DNA of 64,000 bases from an uncultured Spirochaetota bacterium (GCA_963845535.1 CAWJSK010000019.1:352001-416000), one strand, 5' to 3'; positions 10,759 to 21,809 are shown, counted from the first letter of the stretch. Notes: generated by a model from the letters alone, not told the origin. A program made the numbers and translations.

Positions 10759-12077
10759 TGGCGAATCCGATTGTCGATATTTTCCGGGTCAAGGAGCTGA
10801 GGGACCGCATCCTCTTCACCATTGGCATCCTCGTGATCTACCGCCTGGGAACCGTGCTTCCGGTGCCTGGGATCAACATTGCCGCGCTCAAGCTCTACTT
10901 TGCTTCGCAGGGGACCTCGGGTGGCATGGGGATCGCGGACTACCTGGACTTTTTCGCGGGTGGGGCGTTCAAGAACTTCTCCATCCTCATGCTCTCCATC
11001 ATGCCCTACATTTCCATGTCGATCATCATGCAGCTTGTCACCGTGGTGTTCCCCCGGCTGAAGAAGATCTCCGAGGAAGAGGGCGGGAAGAAGAAGATCA
11101 ACCGCTGGACGCGTTACGGGACGGTGGTGGTCTGTATCATCCAGTCCTACACGGTGACCGTCTACGCAAACAGGATCCCTGACGCCATCTCCATGGCGCG
11201 GATCCCGTTCATCCTGCTCGCCATGCTCACCATCACCACGGGCACGATGTTCCTCATGTGGCTCGGTGACCAGATAACGCGGCGCGGCATCGGAAACGGC
11301 ATCTCCATGATCATCTTCGCGGGGATTGTGGCGAGGATCCCCGGCGCCCTGTGGACGCTTCTGCAGTCCATCCAGCGCCGCGAGCTGAACCCCGTGTTCG
11401 TCATCATCGTGCTGCTCCTCTTCGTTGTGGTCGTGACGCTCGTCATCATTGAGCAGCAGGGCCAGAGGAAGATCCCGGTCCATTATGCAAAACGCGTCAT
11501 TGGACGGAGGATGTACGGGGCCCAGAACACCTACCTCCCGTTCAAGGTGAACCCTTCGGGGGTCATCCCCGTGATTTTCGCCTCATCCGTGCTGATCTTC
11601 CCCATCCAGATCGCGCAGAACCTCGGCGCAAGGATCGAGTGGCTTTCCCGGTTCGCCGCGTGGCTGCATCCGCAGGGCCTGCCGTACGTGATCATGTACG
11701 CGCTGCTGATCATTTTCTTCGCGTATTTCTACACGCAGGTGACGCTCAATCCCGTTGAGATCTCGAAGCAGATCCGGGAGAACGGTGGTTCCATACCGGG
11801 CATCCGCAGCGAGAAGATGGAGGAGCACCTGTCGCGGATCCTCTATCGGATCATTCTCCCTGGCTCGCTTTTCCTTGCCTTCATTGCCATCATCCCGACG
11901 CTGGTCCAGACGCTTTTCCGCTTCCCCAGCGCCATTGCATACCTCATGGGAGGAACGTCGCTTCTGATCCTCGTCGGGGTGGACCTGGACACGATGTCGC
12001 AGGTGGAGGGCTACTTGCGGATGCACCACCATGAGGGCATTGTGAAGAGGGGCAAGATACGCTCCCGCAATTTGTAG
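10758..12077 (+). CDS. secY: Preprotein translocase subunit SecY
   Basis: [49 protein letters not shown]. Confidence 0.99.
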   Translation: MANPIVDIFRVKELRDRILFTIGILVIYRLGTVLPVPGINIAALKLYFASQGTSGGMGIADYLDFFAGGAFKNFSILMLSIMPYISMSIIMQLVTVVFPRLKKISEEEGGKKKINRWTRYGTVVVCIIQSYTVTVYANRIPDAISMARIPFILLAMLTITTGTMFLMWLGDQITRRGIGNGISMIIFAGIVARIPGALWTLLQSIQRRELNPVFVIIVLLLFVVVVTLVIIEQQGQRKIPVHYAKRVIGRRMYGAQNTYLPFKVNPSGVIPVIFASSVLIFPIQIAQNLGARIEWLSRFAAWLHPQGLPYVIMYALLIIFFAYFYTQVTLNPVEISKQIRENGGSIPGIRSEKMEEHLSRILYRIILPGSLFLAFIAIIPTLVQTLFRFPSAIAYLMGGTSLLILVGVDLDTMSQVEGYLRMHHHEGIVKRGKIRSRNL

Positions 12078-12126
12078 CGCCGGCACGGCGCCCGGACGGG
12101 AGCATGATGAAAACGGAGGCTTTGTC

Positions 12127-12240
12127 ATGAAGGTACGCGTGAGCGTGAAACCGATTTGCGACAAGTGCAAGGTGATCAGGCGCCGGGGCGTGGTGCGCAT
12201 CATCTGCACGAATCCCAAGCACAAGCAGCGCCAGCGATAG
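12127..12240 (+). CDS. rpmJ: 50S ribosomal protein L36 (absent from ORF track, 37 aa)
   Basis: Manual translation [37 protein letters not shown]. Confidence 0.99.
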   Translation: MKVRVSVKPICDKCKVIRRRGVVRIICTNPKHKQRQR

Positions 12241-12258
12241 GAAGAGAAGGAGACAGGA

Positions 12259-12627
12259 ATGGCACGTATTGCGGGCGTGGATCTTCCCAACAAGCATCTC
12301 GACGTCGCGCTGACGTACATCTACGGGATCGGGATCACTTCTGCCCAGAAGATCTGCGCCGCCACCGGTGTGGATCCGCAGAAGCGAGCGAACGACCTTT
12401 CCTCGGATGAGGTCAACAAGCTTCGGACAGTCATCGAAAGCGACTACAAGGTGGAGGGGAGGCTGCGGACCGAGGTCTCTCTGAACATCAAGCGTCTCAT
12501 GGACATCGGCTGCTACCGGGGGATCCGCCATCGCCGCGGGCTGCCGGTGCGCGGCCAGCGGACAAAGACGAACGCAAGGACCCGCAAGGGCAAGCGCAAG
12601 ACTGTTGCCGGGAAGAGGAAGAAATAG
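12259..12627 (+). CDS. rpsM: 30S ribosomal protein S13
   Basis: [28 protein letters not shown]. Confidence 0.99.
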   Translation: MARIAGVDLPNKHLDVALTYIYGIGITSAQKICAATGVDPQKRANDLSSDEVNKLRTVIESDYKVEGRLRTEVSLNIKRLMDIGCYRGIRHRRGLPVRGQRTKTNARTRKGKRKTVAGKRKK

Positions 12628-12629
12628 CA

Positions 12630-13007
12630 ATGGCGAAGGGCAAGAAGGAAAAGAAAAAGAACATAGCGGAAGGGAAGGCCTACATCCAGGCCACCTTCAA
12701 CAACACGATCGTGACCATCACGGACCTCATGGGCAACACGATCTCGTGGGCGTCCGCCGGCGGCCTTGGTTTCAAAGGCGCCAAGAAATCGACGCCGTTC
12801 GCCGCGCAGACAACCGCGGAGTCCGCGGCCAGCAAGGCCATGGAGCAGGGTTTGCGGGAATTGGTGGTCCTCGTCAGGGGTCCCGGAGTCGGCAGTGAAG
12901 CCGCCATCCGAGCCTTTGGCGTCCTGGGGATCAGGGTGCGTTCCATCAAGGACATCACGCCCATCCCCCACAACGGGTGCCGGCCTCCGAAGAAGCGCCG
13001 GGTGTAG
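12630..13007 (+). CDS. rpsK: 30S ribosomal protein S11
   Basis: [35 protein letters not shown]. Confidence 0.99.
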   Translation: MAKGKKEKKKNIAEGKAYIQATFNNTIVTITDLMGNTISWASAGGLGFKGAKKSTPFAAQTTAESAASKAMEQGLRELVVLVRGPGVGSEAAIRAFGVLGIRVRSIKDITPIPHNGCRPPKKRRV

Positions 13008-13019
13008 GGAGGCGAGACA

Positions 13020-13655
13020 GTGGGAAGGAATATTGGACCCCAGTGCAGGCTGTGCAGGGCCCAGGGATACAAGCTCTATTTGAAAGGTGACAGGTGCAAA
13101 GGCCCCAAGTGCCCCGTGACAAGGAAGAAGGGGGCGCCGGGAAAAGGGCCGCGCAGCCGCACGAAGAAGATATCCGACTACGGCGTGCAGCTGCATGAGA
13201 AGCAGAAGCTCAAGAGGCTGTACGGCATGCTGGAGGGGCAGTTCCGCCTGTTCTTCGGCAAGGCGGTGCGGAGGAAGGGGATCACGGGTGAGAACCTCAT
13301 CCAGATGCTGGAGAGGCGGCTGGACAACGTGGTCTACCGGATGCACCTTGCCCCGTCGCGTAAGTCCGCGCGGCAGCTCGTGCTCCACGGCCACATTGGC
13401 GTCAACGGCCGGCGGGTCTCCATCCCGTCATTCCTGGTCAAGGAGAACGACGAGATTTCCGTGCGCGAGCCCAGCACGAAGCTCACGGCAATCAAGGAGA
13501 GCCTGAAGGAATACTCCCGAGCAGGCATTGTGCCCTGGCTTGAGATCGACCCGGACAGGATGGTCGGGAAAATTCGTGCCATTCCGCGGCGCAGCGAGAT
13601 CACTGACCTGTCGGATGTCAAGGAGCAGCTGATCGTCGAGCTGTATTCGAAGTGA
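13020..13655 (+). CDS. rpsD: 30S ribosomal protein S4 (four-Cys zinc-type N-terminus)
   Basis: CRLCR...KGDRCKGPKC, EKQKLKRLYG, LERRLDNVVYR, EQLIVELYSK. Confidence 0.99.
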   Translation: MGRNIGPQCRLCRAQGYKLYLKGDRCKGPKCPVTRKKGAPGKGPRSRTKKISDYGVQLHEKQKLKRLYGMLEGQFRLFFGKAVRRKGITGENLIQMLERRLDNVVYRMHLAPSRKSARQLVLHGHIGVNGRRVSIPSFLVKENDEISVREPSTKLTAIKESLKEYSRAGIVPWLEIDPDRMVGKIRAIPRRSEITDLSDVKEQLIVELYSK

Positions 13656-13665
13656 GGTTTTTTCA

Positions 13666-14772
13666 ATGGTGAGAAAGAACCTTCTCAAAGGCTTCAAGAA
13701 ACCCAAGGGCATCACCTTCGAGCACAGCGAGGTGGAGGCCAACTACGGTCGTTTCGTGGCTTATCCGTTCGAGCGTGGCTATGGGGTAACCATAGGGAAC
13801 ACGCTTCGGCGGATCCTCCTGTCCTCCATTCAAGGATACGCGGTGTCTGCCGTGAAGATCACCACGTACAAGGAGGACGGGACTCCGCACACGATTGCCA
13901 GCGAATACGAGCCCATCCCGAGCGTGGTGGAGGACACCCCGGACTTCATCAACAACCTGAAGCACGTGCAGGTGAGGCTGAACGGAGACCTGGAGGAGAA
14001 GACCGTCATCGTCGAGGCGAAAGGCGGCCGCACCATCTTCGCGAAGGACCTCGCCGCGGACAACGACGTCGAGGTGGTCAACGGCAACTTTCCCATTGCC
14101 ACGCTGATGGACAAGGCGAACCTCGAGTTCGAGGTTCAGATCAACCTGGGACGCGGGTACGTGCCCGCCGAAAGAAACGAAAAGTACATCGAAGTGATCG
14201 GCACCGTCCCTATCGACGCAATCTTCTCACCCATCCAGAAGGTGAAGTACAGCGTGGAAAACACGCGGGTGGGTCAGCGGACGGACTACGACAAGTTGAT
14301 TCTGGAGATCTGGACCAACGGCACAATCACTCCGGATGACGCCCTCGCGGAGGCGGCGAAGATCGCCAAGGACCATTTCACGATCTTCATCAACTTCGAC
14401 GAGTCGGAAGCCGGCGGGGACGACGAGGTGGACGAGGACGAAGAGCGTATCCGCGCCCTTCTTGATACGCCCGTGGAGGAGTTGGAGCTGTCCGTGCGGT
14501 CCAGCAACTGCCTCAGGAACGCCAACATCCGCACCATCGGGGACCTGACGAAGAAAACCGAGGAAGAGATCACCAAGACGCGGAACTTCGGCAAGAAGAG
14601 CCTGCAGGAGATCCGTGACAAGCTCCAGGCGCGCGGCCTGGACCTCGGCATGAAGGATTACACGGCTTTGAAGAAGCAGCTCAAGAAGCAGCTCGCCGGA
14701 GAGGCGCAGGCAGCGACTGCCCCGGCCGGGGACGCGGTGGCACTGGGAGAAGAGAATGAATCATCGGAGTAG
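13666..14772 (+). CDS. rpoA: RNA polymerase alpha subunit
   Basis: [53 protein letters not shown]. Confidence 0.99.
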   Translation: MVRKNLLKGFKKPKGITFEHSEVEANYGRFVAYPFERGYGVTIGNTLRRILLSSIQGYAVSAVKITTYKEDGTPHTIASEYEPIPSVVEDTPDFINNLKHVQVRLNGDLEEKTVIVEAKGGRTIFAKDLAADNDVEVVNGNFPIATLMDKANLEFEVQINLGRGYVPAERNEKYIEVIGTVPIDAIFSPIQKVKYSVENTRVGQRTDYDKLILEIWTNGTITPDDALAEAAKIAKDHFTIFINFDESEAGGDDEVDEDEERIRALLDTPVEELELSVRSSNCLRNANIRTIGDLTKKTEEEITKTRNFGKKSLQEIRDKLQARGLDLGMKDYTALKKQLKKQLAGEAQAATAPAGDAVALGEENESSE

Positions 14773-15169
14773 CTACAACAGGCTCGGCCGGACCTCGGCC
14801 CATCGAAAAGCGCTTTTGAAATCGCAGGCCACTGCGCTTTTCAAATATGAGAGAATCCGCACGACCGTCCAGAAGGCGCGGGAAGCGCGTCGCCTGGCAG
14901 AGAAGCTGATCACGCGGGCAAAAGTGGATTCCGTTCACAACAGACGAATTGCCTCCCGGGCCATTAATGACGGCCGGCTTCTGAACAAGCTGTTCACCGA
15001 CATCGCTCCCCGCTACGCGCAGAGGCCGGGCGGCTATACCCGGATCCTGAAGATGGGACGTCGCTTCGGCGACGCCTCCGAAATGGTGATCCTGGAGCTT
15101 GTTGACCGCAAGGAAAGGGAGCGCAAGCGCAAGAAGAAAGAGGGGCAGGAGGCTGCAAAGGAGGGCTGA
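14756..15169 (+). CDS. rplQ: 50S ribosomal protein L17
   Basis: [30 protein letters not shown]. Confidence 0.99.
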   Translation: MNHRSSYNRLGRTSAHRKALLKSQATALFKYERIRTTVQKAREARRLAEKLITRAKVDSVHNRRIASRAINDGRLLNKLFTDIAPRYAQRPGGYTRILKMGRRFGDASEMVILELVDRKERERKRKKKEGQEAAKEG

Positions 15170-15269
15170 AAAAGCCCTCCCGGATAGGCGGGCAGAGGGA
15201 GACTGGAGGCCGGCCGTTCGACCGGCATGGCGCAGGGCGCTTACCGCGAAGCGCGATATCCGGTGCCGC

Positions 15270-15295
15270 GGGGACTACCGCGGTCCCCCCCTTTT
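15270..15295 (+). terminator. Possible intrinsic terminator of the ribosomal protein cluster
   Basis: GGGGAC-7nt-GTCCCC stem followed by CCCTTTT. Confidence 0.45.
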
Positions 15296-15321
15296 GTCGA
15301 TAGTCAAAGAGAAGGTATACT
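15294..15321 (+). promoter_or_regulatory. Sigma70-type promoter, probably leaderless
   Basis: TTGTCG-16-TATACT, then 7 nt to ATG 15329, no SD. Confidence 0.55.
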
Positions 15322-15328
15322 GTCCTCG

Positions 15329-18300
15329 ATGCGGCAAAGTCTCAAAGTCGCCATAAGCCTGCTTGTATCCATTGTGCTCTTCGCTGGATTCACCGTCCTT
15401 GCGTTTTCCGGACTTTTCGACGTTCTCCAGACCAGCTTCTTCCTCCCTCGAGTTGAACAGGGATACGAGCAACAGCTCGCCGTGCTCGGGGACAGGATCG
15501 AGAAATACCATGCCGCCAACCTCGAGCGGTTCTCTGCTCTTGCCCGGAAAGACTTCGTGTCCGCCTCTTTCGCTACAAACCTCCCGGCGGCGGTCATGCA
15601 GCAATGGGCCGAAGCTATTACTGCGCTCAAGGTCTCCGCGGTGCGGGTCCTTGCCCCTGACGGACAGAGGGTCGTCTTCAGCTCCATTGCTTCCGACGTC
15701 AAAGACCAGAGACCCGACCGGTTCGCCTACAGAAACTACAGCGAAGTGGAGCAGACCATCCCCGCCAGCTCCATTCTGCTGGGCGCGGGGGATCAGCCGC
15801 GGCTTTTTATCGACGGCGTCAAGGCTCGGTTTTTGTACCTCGTTCCGGTCTACGAGGGGAGCGGAACCTCTGCCTCGCTTTTCAGAGGGACTGCCGTTTT
15901 TTACATGGACCCCCTCGACCTGTTGAGGGATCTGCAGCTCATGCCGCAGGTGCCCGTGACGAGCGTCCTCCTCATCCAGAATGACGGTGTTCTTATCAAC
16001 TTCAACACGGCTGACCCGCAACCCGTTGCCGCCGCCCTGGAGGCGGCCTGGCGCTCTCACGCAAGCACTCCTTCCGCCTTCACGGCGCCGCTTTCGCTGA
16101 CGCAGGAAGGGGGCAAGACGGCGGACTTCCTGTCGTTCTCCCGGCGGCTTGCGCAGGGTGGGATCGCCAGTCTCATGGTCGACGCCTCGGTGTTCGAAAT
16201 GACGGACCTGATGAAGGGCCTCATGCTGGGGACGTTCTTCCTTACCGTTTTCCTTATTGTTTTCCTCCTCGTCAACCTGAGGTCGGATCCCCTGGACGTG
16301 CTGCGCCAGCGTGTCAAACGGTTCCAGATCCAGCTCATCAAGGAGCTGGTCGAAGGGCCGGGAGGAACGGACTGGAGCAGATGGCGCCGTGAGCTGGAGG
16401 CGCGCCAGGGGGAGATCACCTGGCAGATCCAGCGCGGAATTGGGAGGGTCTCGAAAAAGCAGAAGCCGGTGATCCAGGAGTACATGGCGAAGAGCTGGAC
16501 CGAGATCCTGGACCTGCTTTCCCGGCGCGCGGAAGCGCCGCAGGTCTCCGCGGTCGGCGCGCTGGATATATCCCGCCTCGAAAACCTGATCAGGAGCGCC
16601 CTCCAGAACACCGCGTTCATGCGCAGCCTGCCCGCGCAGGGAATCCGCGCCGCGACGGCAGGGGAGGCGGAAGCAGTTCAAGCGCCGGTGGCTTTTGACG
16701 AGCCCGCCGAGGCGGTGGAAGAAGCCGAGGCGGTGGAAGAAGCTGAGGCAGTCGAGGAAGCCGAGGCGGTGGAAGAAGCTGAGGCGGTCGAGGAAGCCGA
16801 GGCGGTGGAAGAAGCTGAGGCGGTGGAAGAAGCTGAGGCGGTGGAAGAAGCTGAGGCGGTGGAAGAAGCTGAGGCGGTCGAGGAAGCCGAGGCGGTCGAG
16901 GAAGCCGAGGCGGTCGAGGAAGCCGAGGCGGTCGAGGAAGCTGAGGCGGTGGAGGAAGCTGAGGCGGTGGAGGAAGCTGAGGCGGTGGAGGAAGCTGAGG
17001 CGGTCGAGGAAGCTGAGGCGGTCGAGGAAGCTGAGGCCGTGGAAGCCCCCGCGCTTTCAGAAGAGACCGCCGTCCAGGATTTCGAAGAGCTTTCCGTTGC
17101 AGAAGACGCTTCGCTGCTTTCAGAAGACGCTCATCAAGACGGCGCGCTCGTTGAGGCCTTAGGCCGTGGGCCCGCACGCGTCGGCGAAATCAACGTCCCC
17201 GTCGATCAGACGTCTGCGCTGGCGGCTCTGAAGCAGGAACCGCTCACCATCGATTCACCGACCGAAGTCCTCGAAGAGCTCGAGGTTCTGCCGGATCTGC
17301 GTCCGCTCCCTCCAGAGCCCTACGAGGAGGGGCTCGAGCTCCTTCCCGCGGCGGATGATGAAACGCCCGTGCCTTCGTCCCCGGAAAATGGGTTCGCTGG
17401 GAAAGAGGAAGTAGGCTTGGAATCAAACTCTGATGACCACACCTATTTGAAGGGGCTGGAACAGATGTCTGATGTCGAGGAGCTTTCCGACGTGGATGAG
17501 TTCACGCTCGTTGAAACCAGCGTGGATGAGTTTTCCGGAGGCCAAAGCGGCGCGGACGGGGAAGCGCCGGAGTTTGGGGAGCTTGAAACCATCGATGAGC
17601 CACTCGGCGCTGAAGAAAAAGGGGAGGGATTTCTCTCCCGGGAGGACCGACAATCGGAATTGTCGAGACTGATCGCCAGCGGAGCAATCAAAAGCTGGAC
17701 GATTGAGGAAATGCAGCGTCTCGTGGAAGAAGGCAGATCAGCGATCGTCATGGAGGACGGGGTTTTCAGGATCAAGGAGGAAGTCTACGGAGCAGGCGGC
17801 CACGGCGGGCAGCACGCCTCCTCCGAGCATGAGTCCGCCCGCAGTGGAGGGCTTCGGGATATCGCCCAGGAGGTCGTTTCACACGCCTCGCAGTCCCAGG
17901 ACTCAAGCGGCACGTTCTCCGGAATCGGTGACCTCTTCGACGACGCGGAGGTGTTCGAGGCTCCCCCGGAGGCATCATCAAACAGCCGCTCCTCTCACGA
18001 GGAAACGAATGCGGGGGAAAAGGAGAGAGCGCGCTCCGTGAAGTTCGCGAACGGGATCGATTACGATGATTTCCTTTCTTTCTATCCTCGTTCGGTCGTC
18101 CATACCCAGCAGATGCGGTCCCTGGTGGAGGTTTCCCGCCGTGTTTCGGCCGTCAGCGCCTGCCTGCTTGCCGGGGGTCCTGACGGTTACTCCCTCGAAT
18201 TGGCGGTCGGCCTCAATGAAAAGAGCCGGCAGAAACTGCACCTCGAAGCCGGGGATCCGCTGAATGAGCTTTTTCTCAAGGAGAGGAAGGCGGTCGCAAT

Positions 18301-18487
18301 CGAAAAGAACCCGTCAGATCTCGAAACCTGGCGGGCATTCATCGACCAGGAGGACCTGAGATACATGAAGAGGGTCCTTCTCGTTCCCGCGGTATTCCAT
18401 TCTCACGAGGCCTACCTCCTTCTTGCTTTCGCGTCCGACCGGGAAATTGTCTTGAAAGATATTTTCTCAGAGCTCCTGGTTTGTTGA
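15329..18487 (+). CDS. Large membrane protein: 2 TM segments, extracytoplasmic domain, acidic AEAVEE repeats, possible GAF-like C-terminus
   Basis: Long ORF; hydrophobic segments VAISLLVSIVLFAGFTVLAF and LMLGTFFLTVFLIVFLLV; ATG 15329 preferred over 15227 because of the promoter position. Confidence 0.85.
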   Translation: MRQSLKVAISLLVSIVLFAGFTVLAFSGLFDVLQTSFFLPRVEQGYEQQLAVLGDRIEKYHAANLERFSALARKDFVSASFATNLPAAVMQQWAEAITALKVSAVRVLAPDGQRVVFSSIASDVKDQRPDRFAYRNYSEVEQTIPASSILLGAGDQPRLFIDGVKARFLYLVPVYEGSGTSASLFRGTAVFYMDPLDLLRDLQLMPQVPVTSVLLIQNDGVLINFNTADPQPVAAALEAAWRSHASTPSAFTAPLSLTQEGGKTADFLSFSRRLAQGGIASLMVDASVFEMTDLMKGLMLGTFFLTVFLIVFLLVNLRSDPLDVLRQRVKRFQIQLIKELVEGPGGTDWSRWRRELEARQGEITWQIQRGIGRVSKKQKPVIQEYMAKSWTEILDLLSRRAEAPQVSAVGALDISRLENLIRSALQNTAFMRSLPAQGIRAATAGEAEAVQAPVAFDEPAEAVEEAEAVEEAEAVEEAEAVEEAEAVEEAEAVEEAEAVEEAEAVEEAEAVEEAEAVEEAEAVEEAEAVEEAEAVEEAEAVEEAEAVEEAEAVEEAEAVEEAEAVEEAEAVEAPALSEETAVQDFEELSVAEDASLLSEDAHQDGALVEALGRGPARVGEINVPVDQTSALAALKQEPLTIDSPTEVLEELEVLPDLRPLPPEPYEEGLELLPAADDETPVPSSPENGFAGKEEVGLESNSDDHTYLKGLEQMSDVEELSDVDEFTLVETSVDEFSGGQSGADGEAPEFGELETIDEPLGAEEKGEGFLSREDRQSELSRLIASGAIKSWTIEEMQRLVEEGRSAIVMEDGVFRIKEEVYGAGGHGGQHASSEHESARSGGLRDIAQEVVSHASQSQDSSGTFSGIGDLFDDAEVFEAPPEASSNSRSSHEETNAGEKERARSVKFANGIDYDDFLSFYPRSVVHTQQMRSLVEVSRRVSAVSACLLAGGPDGYSLELAVGLNEKSRQKLHLEAGDPLNELFLKERKAVAIEKNPSDLETWRAFIDQEDLRYMKRVLLVPAVFHSHEAYLLLAFASDREIVLKDIFSELLVC
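16706..17047 (+). repeat. Coding tandem repeat, 18-nt unit x ~19 (AEAVEE)
   Basis: GCYGAGGCGGTSGARGAA, 18 full units plus a degenerate 19th; variation almost only synonymous. Confidence 0.98.
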
Positions 18488-18513
18488 AGTCGTGATCGTC
18501 GACTTTTTTCTTT
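18487..18513 (+). terminator. Intrinsic terminator
   Basis: AAGTCG-7nt-CGACTT stem followed by TTTTCTTT right after the stop codon. Confidence 0.6.
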
Positions 18514-18580
18514 GCGGTGTGTCACAACGACACAAAGGTAGTATCAATCCGGTCACAGGCGCTCGGTCCCGGCGTTACCC

Positions 18581-18609
18581 TTGACAAAGCAACCAAACTC
18601 ACGTAAGCT
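18581..18609 (+). promoter_or_regulatory. Sigma70-type promoter of rny-ymdB-tlyA
   Basis: TTGACA-17-TAAGCT (an overlapping TATAAT follows). Confidence 0.7.
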
Positions 18610-18641
18610 ATAATTCACTTAGTGCACGCGTGGAGGAAGAT

Positions 18642-20171
18642 ATGGGCACACTGGCGTACTTCATACTTCCTCTCGCCGGTTTATTTCTAGGTTGGCTAAT
18701 TCGATGGCTTTACGCGCGTTTTCAGCTTTCATCGGCAGAGCAAAGGGCAACAAGGATTGTCACGGAGGCCTTAAGAGAGGCGGAAGCAAAGAAGAAAGAG
18801 GCGATACTTGAAAGTAAAGACCAGCTCCTGCGGGAACGCAACCAGCTGGAGAAAGAGACGCGGGAGCGCAGGATCGAGCTCCAGCGGGTGGAGAGACGCC
18901 TCCTTCAGAAGGAAGAAAACCTAGAAAAGAGATTCGAGTCCCTCGAAAAGCAAGAGAGGACCGTCGGCAACCGGGAGAGGGGAGCCGCTGAAAAGGAAGC
19001 GGCGCTGCAGCAGGAAGGCGAACGGATAGCCGCAGAGCTGGAACGGATATCCGGCCTCACGAAAGCGGAAGCTAAGAAGCTTCTCGTGCAGAGCCTTGAG
19101 AACGAAGCCCGGCATGATGCTCAGGTGACGATCAACGTCATCGAGCAAGAGGCAAAGCTGGTGGCGGACCGCAAGGCGCGTGACATCCTCGTCACGACCA
19201 TCCAGCGGCTTGCCACGGATGTGGCCTCGGAAGTCACTGTCACAACCGTCACCCTTCCCAATGATGAAATGAAGGGCCGCATCATCGGCCGGGAGGGGCG
19301 AAATATCCGCACCCTCGAGACGCTCACCGGCGTGGACATCATCATTGACGACACTCCGGAAGCGGTTGTCATTTCCTGTTTTGATCCCATTCGGAGAGAG
19401 ATCGCAAAAACCGCGCTCAGCAGACTGATCTCCGACGGCCGGATTCATCCGGCGCGCATCGAGGAGATTGTCCAGAAGGTCAGCAAGGAAATTGCCCAGA
19501 CCATCTACGAGGAAGGGGAGCGCGTCCTCTTCGAGGTCGGCATCCACACCATGAGCCCCGAGGCCATCCGGACGCTCGGGCGCCTTCATTACCGGACGAG
19601 CTACGGACAGAACGTCCTTGCCCACTCGAAAGAGGTGGCGCTGCTTGCCGGGATGCTTGCCGCCGAAGTGGGCGGAAACGTGGAGCTGGCAAAGCGCGCG
19701 GCTCTCCTGCATGACATCGGCAAGGGAGTGGAGTCTGACGGGGACGGCAACCACATCGAGGTGGGCATGGACCTTGCCCGCAAGCTCGGGGAGGACGCCC
19801 GCGTCATCAACGCCATCGGCGCCCACCACGGGGACGTGGAGCCGGAGACGGTGGAAGCGGTCATCGTCCAGATCGCGGACGCAATCTCCGCCGCCCGGCC
19901 CGGCGCGCGGAAAGAAACGCTGGACAATTACCTCAAGCGCCTGGAGAACCTGGAGTCGATCGCTGAGGACTTCGAGGGTGTGGACAAGGCATATGCAATC
20001 CAGGCCGGCCGGGAGCTGCGCATCCTCGTGAACAACGAGAAGGTCAGTGATGACGCCGCCAAGGAGCTTGCCAAGGGAATTGCCAAGCGAATCGAGACCG
20101 AGCTCAAGTACCCCGGCAGGATCAAAGTCACGATCATTCGGGAGATGCGCGTCGTCGAGTACGCGCGCTAG
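18642..20171 (+). CDS. rny: Ribonuclease Y
   Basis: N-terminal TM, coiled coil, KH ([14 protein letters not shown]), HD (LLHDIGK), [18 protein letters not shown] before ATG 18642. Confidence 0.98.
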   Translation: MGTLAYFILPLAGLFLGWLIRWLYARFQLSSAEQRATRIVTEALREAEAKKKEAILESKDQLLRERNQLEKETRERRIELQRVERRLLQKEENLEKRFESLEKQERTVGNRERGAAEKEAALQQEGERIAAELERISGLTKAEAKKLLVQSLENEARHDAQVTINVIEQEAKLVADRKARDILVTTIQRLATDVASEVTVTTVTLPNDEMKGRIIGREGRNIRTLETLTGVDIIIDDTPEAVVISCFDPIRREIAKTALSRLISDGRIHPARIEEIVQKVSKEIAQTIYEEGERVLFEVGIHTMSPEAIRTLGRLHYRTSYGQNVLAHSKEVALLAGMLAAEVGGNVELAKRAALLHDIGKGVESDGDGNHIEVGMDLARKLGEDARVINAIGAHHGDVEPETVEAVIVQIADAISAARPGARKETLDNYLKRLENLESIAEDFEGVDKAYAIQAGRELRILVNNEKVSDDAAKELAKGIAKRIETELKYPGRIKVTIIREMRVVEYAR

Positions 20172-20185
20172 ACAGGCCGGGAGCA

Positions 20186-20995
20186 TTGGGTGCAAACCTG
20201 AGGGCCCTTGTGGTGGGTGACGTCGTAGGTCAACCCGGCTGCAGGGCCCTTTTTGTCGGTCTTCCCGAGCTTGTGCACAAGCTCGGCGCTGACCTCGTGA
20301 TCGCAAACGGTGAGAACGCCGCGGACGGCTTTGGGCTCACACCGGATATCGCGGAGCGCATGTTCAAGTCCGGCGTCCACGTGATCACATCCGGGAATCA
20401 CATCTGGCAGAAGCGGGAGATATTCCCCGTCCTGATGACAAACGACCTGCTCCTTCGTCCGGAGAACTACCCCGTCCTTTCGGGCGCTGATGCAATCCCC
20501 GGCAAGGGACACTGTGTGGTCACCGTCAAAGATATCCCGGTGTTGGTGGTCAACCTCGAGGGCAGGGTGAACCTTTCCCCGCTTCGTGATCCGCTCCAGG
20601 TGGGAAAATCCCTCTTGAAACAGTTCCGGGGCAGGACGCGGCTGTCCATCATCGACTTCCACGCGGAATCCGTGGAGGAGAAAGAGGCTCTCGGCCTGTA
20701 CCTGAACGGAGAAGCGTCCGCCATCGTGGGGACCCACACGCACGTGCAGACAGCGGATGAGCGGATTCTTTCCGGCGGCACGGCCTACATCACGGACATC
20801 GGAATGAGCGGCCCCATCGACAGCGTCATCGGGATGAAGAAAGAGACCGCCGTGACGCGCAGCCTCACGCAGATGCCCCTCAAGATGGAAGTGCAGAACT
20901 CCCCCGCAGAGATCATGGGCGTGCTGATCGAGCTGGACCCTTCGAGCGGAAAGGCGGTAAGCATCGAAAGGGTGCGCCAGCTCTCCCTCGTGTGA
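20186..20995 (+). CDS. ymdB: YmdB / TIGR00282-type metallophosphoesterase
   Basis: GDVVG, NGENAA, TSGNHIW, DFHAE, GTHTHVQTADE; adjacent to rny. Confidence 0.95.
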   Translation: MGANLRALVVGDVVGQPGCRALFVGLPELVHKLGADLVIANGENAADGFGLTPDIAERMFKSGVHVITSGNHIWQKREIFPVLMTNDLLLRPENYPVLSGADAIPGKGHCVVTVKDIPVLVVNLEGRVNLSPLRDPLQVGKSLLKQFRGRTRLSIIDFHAESVEEKEALGLYLNGEASAIVGTHTHVQTADERILSGGTAYITDIGMSGPIDSVIGMKKETAVTRSLTQMPLKMEVQNSPAEIMGVLIELDPSSGKAVSIERVRQLSLV

Positions 20996-20996
20996 G

Positions 20997-21809
20997 ATGC
21001 CCTCCCCCAGAGTCCCGCTTATCGACCTTCTCAGGACCGCGTTTCCCTCCAGAGCTGAGAACGAGCTGCTTGCGCTGATCATGCGCGGGGACGTCCGCGT
21101 TGACGGAGAGACAGTGAGCAAGCCGGGCGCGCGTGTCGACAGCAGCGCCCGGGTGAGCCTCCGGGAGCAATCTCTCTACGTGTCACGCGGCGGGGAGAAG
21201 CTGGCCCACGCGCTGGAGGTCTGGAAGATCCACTGCGCGGGGACGATATGGGTGGACGCCGGTTGCTCGACGGGAGGGTTCACCGACTGTCTCCTGGCCC
21301 GCGGAGCTTCTTGCGTCCACGCGGTGGACGTGGGAACGAACCAGTTGGATTGGCGGCTTCGAAAAGACGCGCGGGTGCTGGTCAGGGAGGGGACGAACGT
21401 GATGGACCTTCGCGCCGGCGACCTGGACCCCGCGCCGCAACGGGCTGTTGCCGACCTCTCCTTCCGTTCGCTGCGCCGCGCAGCGTCGCACATTCTGGGC
21501 CTCACGAGCGAGGGATGGGGCATCTTCCTCTTCAAGCCGCAGTTCGAATGGACGCGTCCGTCCCGCGAGTTTCGAGGCGTGGTTCGGGACCCGCGCACGG
21601 TTGTGTCGATTGCCCGTGAGCTCGTTGACGCGTTTGCCTCTGAAGACCTGGGCGTCGAAAAGGCGGTCCTCTCGCCGATCCGAGGGAGGAAGGGGAACCG
21701 GGAGCTTCTTTTTCTGCTGCGCTCGGGGAAAAGGCTTGCACGCGATATTTCCCCCGAGGAGCTGGAGAAAGTCATCCTGGACGGCTGGGAAGCGCAGCCG
21801 GATGGCTAG
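20997..21809 (+). CDS. tlyA: TlyA-family rRNA methyltransferase (S4 + FtsJ-like)
   Basis: YVSRGGEKL, DAGCSTGGFTDCLL, AVDVG, DLSFRS, KPQFE. Confidence 0.95.
   Translation: MPSPRVPLIDLLRTAFPSRAENELLALIMRGDVRVDGETVSKPGARVDSSARVSLREQSLYVSRGGEKLAHALEVWKIHCAGTIWVDAGCSTGGFTDCLLARGASCVHAVDVGTNQLDWRLRKDARVLVREGTNVMDLRAGDLDPAPQRAVADLSFRSLRRAASHILGLTSEGWGIFLFKPQFEWTRPSREFRGVVRDPRTVVSIARELVDAFASEDLGVEKAVLSPIRGRKGNRELLFLLRSGKRLARDISPEELEKVILDGWEAQPDG

Noticed and set aside
12078..12126. Missing adk-map-infA between secY and rpmJ as a novelty
   Set aside because: Direct secY-rpmJ order is known in spirochaetes; useful only as a taxonomic hint.
16706..17047. CRISPR array
   Set aside because: Contiguous in-frame 18-nt units with no unique spacers and no cas genes.
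18488..18640. 6S RNA upstream of rny
   Set aside because: The gap is about 150 nt and is explained by a terminator and a promoter; no long rod-like pairing seen.
20997..21809. Haemolysin / virulence factor
   Set aside because: Motifs and context fit the housekeeping TlyA rRNA methyltransferase.
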